Shown in pieces: positions 57,182-64,000 of a stretch of DNA of 64,000 nt (its first letter is position 1; every line of letters begins with the position of its first letter). The position numbers and the translations under genes were made by a program. The DNA is taken from assembly GCA_016875535.1 (NCBI GenBank), contig VGPF01000002.1, positions 73,856-137,855 of the forward strand, given 5' to 3'. The notes under the pieces are model-generated. The model saw only the letters and a list, made by a program, of their open reading frames with translations, had not been told where the DNA came from and ran no database searches. This DNA is from Chloroflexota bacterium. GTDB lineage: Bacteria > Chloroflexota > Dehalococcoidia > SHYB01.

Positions 57182-58642
57182 ATCCGCATTCCTGCCGATA
57201 CCGTAGCCCTCCTCACCCATGTTCGCGCTATCCTTGCCGCCCACAACGCGGAAGGCTTTCTCGTCGGCGGCGCCGTCCGCGATCTGGTCATCCCGCGCCC
57301 AACCGCTGATCTTGACGTGGCCGTCTCCGGCAATGCGCGCCATCTGGCAGAGAGCCTCGCAAAAGCCCTCGATGGCCACTTCGTGCCTCTGGATGAAGAG
57401 CGCCACGTCTACCGCATCGTCCTTCCTTCCAATAGCCACTATATTGACCTCAGCGCCCTCCAGGGGAGTCTGACGCAGGACCTCAGGCGGCGCGACTTCA
57501 CCATTAACGCCCTCGCCCTTCCGCTTGAACACGTAGAAGCGCCTGACATCAAAAGGCATGTCGTTGATTTGGCCAACGGATCAGACGACATCACAGCTCG
57601 CCGCATCCGGCTCGTCTCCGATGAGGCGCTCCGCGACGACCCATTACGCCTCCTCCGCGCCGTCCGCCTCGCCACGCAGCTTGGCTTTACGATAGACGGC
57701 TCTACCGAAGCCGCCATCAAACGGGAGGCCCACCGCATCGCCACGGTAGCTCCCGAACGCGCCCGTGATGAGTTCTCCAAAATCGTCGGCTTTCCAGGGG
57801 CGGCCGCACGCCTCCAGCAGTTGGACGATTACCGGCTTCTTACCACCCTGATCCCGGAACTGGAAGAGGCCCGTGGCTGCGGCCAGCCGAAGGAGCACTA
57901 CTGGGACGTTCTCCAGCACTCCATGCAGATCGTCGGTTATGTGGAGCGTGTTGCCCGCCAATCACTCCCGGAGGACTCGCCTATCGGCGATGTTCCGTGG
58001 GACCAAGCGTACATTAACTACTTTGGCGAAAAGATCAGCGGCGGCAGAGACCGGCTCTTCCTGCTCAAGCTTTCCGCCTTACTCCACGATGTCTCAAAGC
58101 CCGCTACCAAAACCGTGGAAGCCGGCGGACGCATCCGCTTTTTTGGCCACCCCAAAATAGGGGCTGATGTCACGAAAAACATTATGGAAAGACTGCGCTA
58201 TAGCAACCGGGAGACGCGCATCGTCGTATCTACAGTATTGGAACACCTTCGCCCCGGCCTTATCACCCGGGAGGCAACGGGCCCCACCAGGCGCGCCGTC
58301 TACAGATTCTTCCGAGATGCCGGAGAGGCCGCTGTAGACACCCTCTTTCTCAGCTATGCCGACTACCTGGCGGCTAGAGGCCCCCTCCTGGACATGAAAG
58401 ACTGGAAGCAGTATTCCAAACGGATTTCTGGTATCCTGGAGGCTTGGCGGCAGGCTTCACCAGAAGTCAGGCCGCCGAAACTTATTGATGGACATGACCT
58501 TATTCGAGAGCTTGGCATGGACCCCGGCCCAAAGGTAGGCACTCTTCTGGAGGCTGTCTACGAAGCCGAGGCGGCGGGCGAAGTGGCAACCCACGCCCAG
58601 GCCATCGCCCTCGCGAAGCGGTTGAAAGACCAAGCCCGATAA
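57182..58642 (+). CDS. cca: CCA tRNA nucleotidyltransferase (class II NTase head + HD domain); start codon non-canonical/uncertain
   Basis: …GFLVGGAVRDLVIPRPTADLDVAV… catalytic motif lies upstream of the first in-frame ATG/GTG (57317); GGAGGA SD at 57170-57175 followed by ATC 57182 / ATT 57188; HD domain …LLHDVSKP…. Confidence 0.7.
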   Translation: MRIPADTVALLTHVRAILAAHNAEGFLVGGAVRDLVIPRPTADLDVAVSGNARHLAESLAKALDGHFVPLDEERHVYRIVLPSNSHYIDLSALQGSLTQDLRRRDFTINALALPLEHVEAPDIKRHVVDLANGSDDITARRIRLVSDEALRDDPLRLLRAVRLATQLGFTIDGSTEAAIKREAHRIATVAPERARDEFSKIVGFPGAAARLQQLDDYRLLTTLIPELEEARGCGQPKEHYWDVLQHSMQIVGYVERVARQSLPEDSPIGDVPWDQAYINYFGEKISGGRDRLFLLKLSALLHDVSKPATKTVEAGGRIRFFGHPKIGADVTKNIMERLRYSNRETRIVVSTVLEHLRPGLITREATGPTRRAVYRFFRDAGEAAVDTLFLSYADYLAARGPLLDMKDWKQYSKRISGILEAWRQASPEVRPPKLIDGHDLIRELGMDPGPKVGTLLEAVYEAEAAGEVATHAQAIALAKRLKDQAR

Positions 58643-58670
58643 CGCGAAATACTCTCACAAAGAGGCGAAG

Positions 58671-60035
58671 ATGCCTGTGCGCCTGACCAAGAAAAGACTC
58701 CAGCTCCTCTTCGTTGCCGTCTTGATCGGCCTCTCCCTCACCGTCCTGGTGATGAAGACGATTTCCATCGGTGATTTCGAGCGCGGCTCCAACGACACCC
58801 CTCTGGGTCTGCGGCTCGGCCTCGATCTCCAGGGCGGCACTCACCTCGTCTACCGCGCGCAGACCGGCGGCGTCACCAAAGACCAGATGCGCGGCGTCGC
58901 TGACGCTATCGAGCGGCGGGTCAACGGCTACGGTGTTGCTGAAGCCGTTGTCCAGCTGAAGGGGGCCAATGAAGTTGTCGTCCAGCTTCCCGGCATCAAG
59001 GACATTGACGAAGCGAAGCGACTCATCGGCAGCACGGCCCAGCTCGATTTCCGGCGCTGCGCGGTCCCCAATAGCTCGGCGGCTGCCTGTCCCAACTGGG
59101 TTCCCGCCACCGGCAGAGGGAACGGCGGCATAGAAAAGCACCTCACGGGCAAGTTCATGCGGCCCACCTCCCAGCTAGTGAACGATCCCCAGACAGGCCT
59201 CCCGGAAGTGGCCTTTGAATTCAACAACGAGGGTGCGGGCATCTTCGAACAGATCACCAGCTCCCTCATCGGCCAACCCCTCGGCATCTTCCTGGATAAC
59301 CAGCTCATCTCCGCCCCCACGGTCCAATCAACCATCTCCGATAGAGGCCGCATCACCGGCTTGACCTCTCAGGAAGGCCGCCGCCTCGCCATCCAACTCA
59401 ACGCTGGTTCGCTCCCCGTTGACGTCCGCGTTGTTCGAGAGGAGGCCGTCTCCGCCACCCTCGGGAAAGACTCGCTGGACAAGAGCTACGTCGCGGCCGC
59501 CATCGGCCTCGGGCTCGTTATGCTCTTCATGGTTCTCTACTACCGCCTGCCTGGGCTGGACGCCGCGATCACTATCGGCATCTATACAGTGATCGTCCTT
59601 GCCATCTTCAAGATGCTGAACGTGACCCTTACCCTGCCCGGCATCGCGGGCTTCGTCATCTCCGTCGGTATGGCCGTTGACGCAAACGTCATCATCTACG
59701 AGCGCCTGCGCGAAGAGCTGCGCGGCGGACGCGGCCTCGGCGGCGCCATCGCCACCGGCTTCGACCGCGCCTGGAACGCCATCCGCGATAGCAATATCAC
59801 CACCATCATCACCATGGCCATCCTTTGGTGGTTCGGCGATCGGCTGGGAGAGCCGAAGGTGACCGGCTTTGCCATCACCCTCATCATCTCCCTCCTCGTC
59901 GGCATGTTCTGCGCCCTCTTTATCAGCCGCCTCTTCTTGCGGCTCTTCGTGGGCACCAAGTACGCGGACCGAACGAATCTCTTTGCCCCAGTGAAAACAT
60001 CCGAAACATCCGCCCGCACAGCCTTGGGCGCGTGA
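58671..60035 (+). CDS. secD: protein translocase subunit SecD
   Basis: N-terminal TM, …LGLDLQGGTHLVY… SecD signature, C-terminal 5-TM bundle. Confidence 0.9.
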   Translation: MPVRLTKKRLQLLFVAVLIGLSLTVLVMKTISIGDFERGSNDTPLGLRLGLDLQGGTHLVYRAQTGGVTKDQMRGVADAIERRVNGYGVAEAVVQLKGANEVVVQLPGIKDIDEAKRLIGSTAQLDFRRCAVPNSSAAACPNWVPATGRGNGGIEKHLTGKFMRPTSQLVNDPQTGLPEVAFEFNNEGAGIFEQITSSLIGQPLGIFLDNQLISAPTVQSTISDRGRITGLTSQEGRRLAIQLNAGSLPVDVRVVREEAVSATLGKDSLDKSYVAAAIGLGLVMLFMVLYYRLPGLDAAITIGIYTVIVLAIFKMLNVTLTLPGIAGFVISVGMAVDANVIIYERLREELRGGRGLGGAIATGFDRAWNAIRDSNITTIITMAILWWFGDRLGEPKVTGFAITLIISLLVGMFCALFISRLFLRLFVGTKYADRTNLFAPVKTSETSARTALGA

Positions 60036-60048
60036 AGCAGGAGCCGCC

Positions 60049-62742
60049 GTGATCGACTTTGTACGCTATCGGAAATGGTACTTCCGCCTCTCGCTGGTGA
60101 TCGCGGTCGTCTGCATCATCGCTCTGGCCGTCCCCAAGCACCTCCCCTTCGGCCTGGAGTTCTCCAGCGGCAGCTCCATCACCGTTGACTTCAAGGAGCC
60201 CGTTGAGATAGACCAGGTGCGCGCCAAGCTTGCCGCCGTCGGCATCGAAGACGCCACCATCCAGAAGACGGGCGACACTTCCTTCTTCATCCGCACGGAA
60301 ATCATCGAAGAAGGCCTCGCCGCTATCCTGGAAAGGGACTTCGGCAAGGTCACCATCACGAGCCTTGAGGACGATGCGGCGAACCTCGCTTTGAACATCG
60401 TCTTCACGGATGCCGTGCCGCTCCGGGAACTCCGGGAAGGCTTCGGTTCGACGAAGCCCACGGGCCTCATCGCTGAACGCGCGGGAGCCAACACCTACTT
60501 CGTCAGCTCCCTACAACTGAGCAAGGAGACCTTGGATAAGGCCGCCGCCCTCTGGGAGCAGAAGTACGGCAAGACCGAGCGCATCACCTTCGAAGCCGCA
60601 GACGACTTGGCTATCACCATGAAGTTCAAGGCTGCCGTCACAGCGGCCGACGCCTCCAAGGAACTGACCGACCGCGGGATCCAGGGCGTCGTGACCGCCA
60701 ATACAGCCGCCGATACCCTGATTGTCGCCGCGCGCACCGTCACCGCGGAAACCCGCGAGACGCTTATCAAGACCCTCACGGACAAGTTCGGCGAGGCCGA
60801 GCAGGCCCCCTTCCCCTTCGATAAGGGCCAAGCTGTCATCTTCCGCTTCACAGACCCCGTTTCCCTGGAGAGCGTCGTGACCGCCCTTGGCGGCGCCCGG
60901 TTGAGTGAGCTGGCGGGCGAAAACGTGACCCTCTTCCGCCTCAACGATGGCTCTTACATCACAACGGCTTCGGCCATGACGGAGGAAGAGGCGGCCGCCC
61001 TCGTGAAGCGGTTCGAAGATGCCCTGGGAACGGTAACCCGCGTCAATCTGACCGCTCAAGACCTGGCCGTCACGGTGAACTTCGGAGCGGCCTTCAGTCT
61101 AGATACGCTTCGTCAGCATGTGAATCGCTTCGGCGCGGGCAAGGGCTTCTCCGACCCCTTCGGCACAAAGGGCCAGGCCGCCTCCCTCGTTGTTGAAGAG
61201 ATAAGCGCTACGGACCGCGAAGGCCTTCTGACGGCGATCAAGGAGAGCTTCGGCGAGGCCAATCGCACCGTCTTTGACGGCCCGGAGGGCTTCGCCTCCA
61301 TCTTCCGCTTCACGGCGCCTCCGGCAACCGTGACGGCGGCCGACGTAGAGGCTGAGCTGAAGTCCGGCGGCGTAGAGGGCGCTTCTGTGGTTGCCGCAGG
61401 CGAAAACCGCTTCTTCATCGGCATCGCGGCGATTGATACAGGCGCCAAGGCCCTCACTACACAGCGGCTCCAGGGCCGCTTCGGCCCGGCTGAGATAACG
61501 CCCCTAGACCTGACGAAGTCGCTCGCTCTCACCCTCGATTTCGGAGAGCCTTCGATAGCCCGCAACAACCTTGTCGCCTCGATCGAAGATGTCTTCGCTG
61601 AAAAGCAGGTCTCCGTGCTCCACAGCGCCGCCAACACCTTCACCCTCGTCGCGCGCGGCGTCTCAGCGGCCGACCAGGAGAAAATCCTCAAGCAACTCGA
61701 AGGCGAATTCGGCGTTGCGGTGAAGACCCAACTCGTCACCGATGCCGGAAAGGCCTTCACGGTCGCCTTTACTGATAGCGCGAAGGTCTCAGCCGCGGCG
61801 CATGAGTCCTTCATCATCCACAAGACCGGCCCTAACGCCTTCTTCCTTGGCGGCACCAAGGTGTCTGCCACACAACAGGCGGCTGCGCTGCTCGGCCTTG
61901 CCCAGACTCACGGCCCTATCGGCCAAAGCAGCTTCAACTACGTCACAAGTCTCGCGCAGCAGCTCACCTTAACTCGCGCCGTCACACCGGACGAGTTGAA
62001 AGCCGCCATCGAGCCCTTCGGCTACAAGGACACGACGATTGAGGCCCGCGATGGCGGCCTCTTCATCCGAGGTCCGCGCCCGCTCGATGACCAGCGGAGC
62101 ACCATCCTCCGCACCCTTGAGGGGATCGCCCCCATCAACCGCGACACGGTTGAGTTCTCCTCCGTTGACTCGGAGATCGCCAAACGCTCCATCCTCAACA
62201 CCACCTGGGCCGTCCTCGCAGGTATCATCGGCATCCTTATCTACCTCTGGTGGGCCTTCCGGAAAGTGCCCAAGTCCTACCGCTACGGCGTCGTCGCGAC
62301 CATTGCCATGTTTCAGGACGTCCTCATCGTCCTCGGGGCCTTCGGCATCCTCGCCAAATTCACCGAGGTCGAAATCAACTCCCTCATGGTCGTCGGCATC
62401 CTCTCTGTCATCGGCTATAGCGTCAATAACACCATCATCGTCCTCGACCGCATCCGCGAGAATCTCGCCGATAGGACCGCTCGGGATTTTGAAACCTACG
62501 TAAACATCGCACTGAACCAGACCCTCACGCGCAACTTTAACACCAGCATCACCACCCTCATCACCATCCTCGCTGTCCTCTTCTTCGGCGGCCCCACCGT
62601 GCATGACTTCATGTACGTCTTTCTTATCGGTGTGCTCGCGGGCGTTTATAGCTCCCTCTTCATCGCGCCGACGCTCCTTGTCTCCTGGGAGAGGGGCGAG
62701 CTGAGAATGCCGTTCTCCTCCAAAAAGAAGGCGGCGGCCTAG
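60049..62742 (+). CDS. secF: protein translocase subunit SecF with ~670-aa repeat-expanded periplasmic domain
   Basis: N-terminal MIDFVRYRKWYFRLSLVIAVVCIIALAV and C-terminal 5 TM helices (…FQDVLIVLGAFGIL…, …YSVNNTIIVLDRIRE…) are canonical SecF; between them ~8 degenerate ~75-aa modules each with (D/E)xFGxxxxT motif. Confidence 0.85.
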   Translation: MIDFVRYRKWYFRLSLVIAVVCIIALAVPKHLPFGLEFSSGSSITVDFKEPVEIDQVRAKLAAVGIEDATIQKTGDTSFFIRTEIIEEGLAAILERDFGKVTITSLEDDAANLALNIVFTDAVPLRELREGFGSTKPTGLIAERAGANTYFVSSLQLSKETLDKAAALWEQKYGKTERITFEAADDLAITMKFKAAVTAADASKELTDRGIQGVVTANTAADTLIVAARTVTAETRETLIKTLTDKFGEAEQAPFPFDKGQAVIFRFTDPVSLESVVTALGGARLSELAGENVTLFRLNDGSYITTASAMTEEEAAALVKRFEDALGTVTRVNLTAQDLAVTVNFGAAFSLDTLRQHVNRFGAGKGFSDPFGTKGQAASLVVEEISATDREGLLTAIKESFGEANRTVFDGPEGFASIFRFTAPPATVTAADVEAELKSGGVEGASVVAAGENRFFIGIAAIDTGAKALTTQRLQGRFGPAEITPLDLTKSLALTLDFGEPSIARNNLVASIEDVFAEKQVSVLHSAANTFTLVARGVSAADQEKILKQLEGEFGVAVKTQLVTDAGKAFTVAFTDSAKVSAAAHESFIIHKTGPNAFFLGGTKVSATQQAAALLGLAQTHGPIGQSSFNYVTSLAQQLTLTRAVTPDELKAAIEPFGYKDTTIEARDGGLFIRGPRPLDDQRSTILRTLEGIAPINRDTVEFSSVDSEIAKRSILNTTWAVLAGIIGILIYLWWAFRKVPKSYRYGVVATIAMFQDVLIVLGAFGILAKFTEVEINSLMVVGILSVIGYSVNNTIIVLDRIRENLADRTARDFETYVNIALNQTLTRNFNTSITTLITILAVLFFGGPTVHDFMYVFLIGVLAGVYSSLFIAPTLLVSWERGELRMPFSSKKKAAA

Positions 62743-62804
62743 GCCCGAGTCGAACGCAAGGGAGAACCTGTGTTTGGTGCTCCCGGAGGTGCAGGAGAAG
62801 GCCG

Positions 62805-63677
62805 TTAGCGCCTGCCCGTCTCTTCGCGCACCTGCCGCGTATACGCCTTCTGCAGCTCTCGCGTCACCGGGCCGGGATTGCCGCCGCCGATCGGCCTGCC
62901 GTCCACCTCAACCAGCGGCATCACTTCAATGACGGCGTTGGTGAGAAAGGCCTCTTCCGCCAGCAAAAGCGCCCACCGGAGGAGCTTCCCCTCATGCACG
63001 CGCCGTTCCGTCGAACGGGCCAGTTCAAGGACCGTCTTCCGCGTGACGCCGGGCAGGATGCCGCAACCCAAAGACGGGGTGTACAGCGTGCCCCGTCGCA
63101 CGAAAAAGATATTGCTCGTCGCCCCTTCGGCTACATCGCCCTGCTCATTCAGCAGCAGCGCCTCATCAGCTCCGCTCTCCCTGGCCTCAGCGCGGGCCAT
63201 GAGATGCTCTACGTAGCTCGTCGCCTTGACCCTTGCCGCGCGCGACGTGCTGCTCCTTCGGACGGAGGCGAAGATCGCCGTGTACCCGGATCGAGCGACC
63301 TTTTCAAGGCCGGGAGGAAGCTCAGCGCACGTCACAAAGACGTTCGGCGACCCCTTGGCCGGAAATACCGGCCCGTCGCCCCCGGACCCCGCCGTCACCG
63401 TCACGCGGATCCGCGCCTCTCGAAGCCTGTTGCGGCTCAGAACCCCGGCGATGGCCCCGGCGATAGCTTCACGCTGCCCCCGGATAGCTATGCCGAAGCT
63501 ATCGGTGTTCGCGATGAGCCTGTCCAGGTGATCGCCCAACCGGAAAACGACGCCGTCATAGGCCCGCATCGTATCGAAGACCCCGTGGCCGTAGAGGACG
63601 CCTTGATCAGTGATCGGAAGGCTGGCCCTTTCGATACTCATGTACCGGCCGTTGAGATAGACGATTGGGGATGGCAT
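62805..63677 (-). CDS. class IV aminotransferase (branched-chain/D-amino-acid aminotransferase or ADC lyase family)
   Basis: …ITDQGVLYGHGVFDTMRAY… and …EGATSNIFFV… fold-type IV PLP motifs. Confidence 0.85.
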   Translation of the reverse strand: MPSPIVYLNGRYMSIERASLPITDQGVLYGHGVFDTMRAYDGVVFRLGDHLDRLIANTDSFGIAIRGQREAIAGAIAGVLSRNRLREARIRVTVTAGSGGDGPVFPAKGSPNVFVTCAELPPGLEKVARSGYTAIFASVRRSSTSRAARVKATSYVEHLMARAEARESGADEALLLNEQGDVAEGATSNIFFVRRGTLYTPSLGCGILPGVTRKTVLELARSTERRVHEGKLLRWALLLAEEAFLTNAVIEVMPLVEVDGRPIGGGNPGPVTRELQKAYTRQVREETGRR

Positions 63678-63782
63678 TGGGGCTCCTTGCAGTCTTTATT
63701 CTACGGCACACCCTATGTTTCGCCTTGTTCCCCCCTCTGGCGCTATGCTACGATTCCCCGGCACTGCATCCAAGGACACCTC

Positions 63783-64000
63783 ATGAAAGCCGAAATCATT
63801 TCCATTGGGACCGAACTCCTGCTCGGCGAAATCACGGATACCAACGCCGCCTACCTCTCCTCCGAACTGCCCGCCTTGGGCATAGACCTCTTTTACGTCT
63901 CCCAGGTCGGCGACAATATGGACCGCCTCTACGAAGTCTTTCACCGCGGCTGGTCCCGTTCCGATATCCTCCTCTGCACCGGCGGTCTCGGCCCCACTGA
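63783..64000 (+). CDS. cinA: competence/damage-inducible protein CinA, N-terminal (MoCF-like) domain, partial (runs off window)
   Basis: Own translation: MKAEIISIGTELLLGEITDTNAAYLSSELPALGIDLFYVSQVGDNMDRL… CinA N-terminus. Confidence 0.8.
   Translation, partial: MKAEIISIGTELLLGEITDTNAAYLSSELPALGIDLFYVSQVGDNMDRLYEVFHRGWSRSDILLCTGGLGPT

Overview
High-GC (roughly 60-65% by eye) bacterial chromosomal segment. The exact lineage cannot be assigned from the sequence alone; the 16S gene and gene content are compatible with Chloroflexota-like or another high-GC lineage. Most of the window is housekeeping core:
- asd-dapB
- rpsO-pnp
- an aroA-tyrA-coaBC-coaX-nnr-acpS-metF string on the minus strand
- tenA-folD-queA
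- clpC, rpsA, a thiolase
- trmD-rplS-priA-def-cca-secD-secF

Interspersed accessory or unusual content:
- A ~2-kb low-GC island fused onto the 3' end of queA. It carries a single large PD-(D/E)xK-nuclease plus SF1-like P-loop ATPase gene (DUF2075/Schlafen-like), a candidate stand-alone defence gene.
- A DsbA/FrnE-like oxidoreductase whose CxxC motif reads TGA-P-W-C, a candidate selenoprotein.
- Fully unlinked rRNA genes: a solo 16S and a solo 5S, each apparently with its own promoter and terminator; no 23S in the window.
- An orphan tRNA-Ala(TGC).
- A ~1.1-kb hairpin-dense non-coding region containing a strong consensus promoter and one copy of an ~82-bp dispersed repeat. A second copy lies 2.5 kb upstream, so the two copies flank a pair of amidohydrolase genes.
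- A SecF with an ~8-fold repeat-expanded periplasmic domain.
- Two domain-fusion proteins: tandem CoA-transferase, and NDH-2 with a cNMP-binding domain.
- A secreted protein pair with a duplicated C-terminal domain.
- A probable non-AUG start for cca.

No CRISPR array, integrase or transposase was seen.
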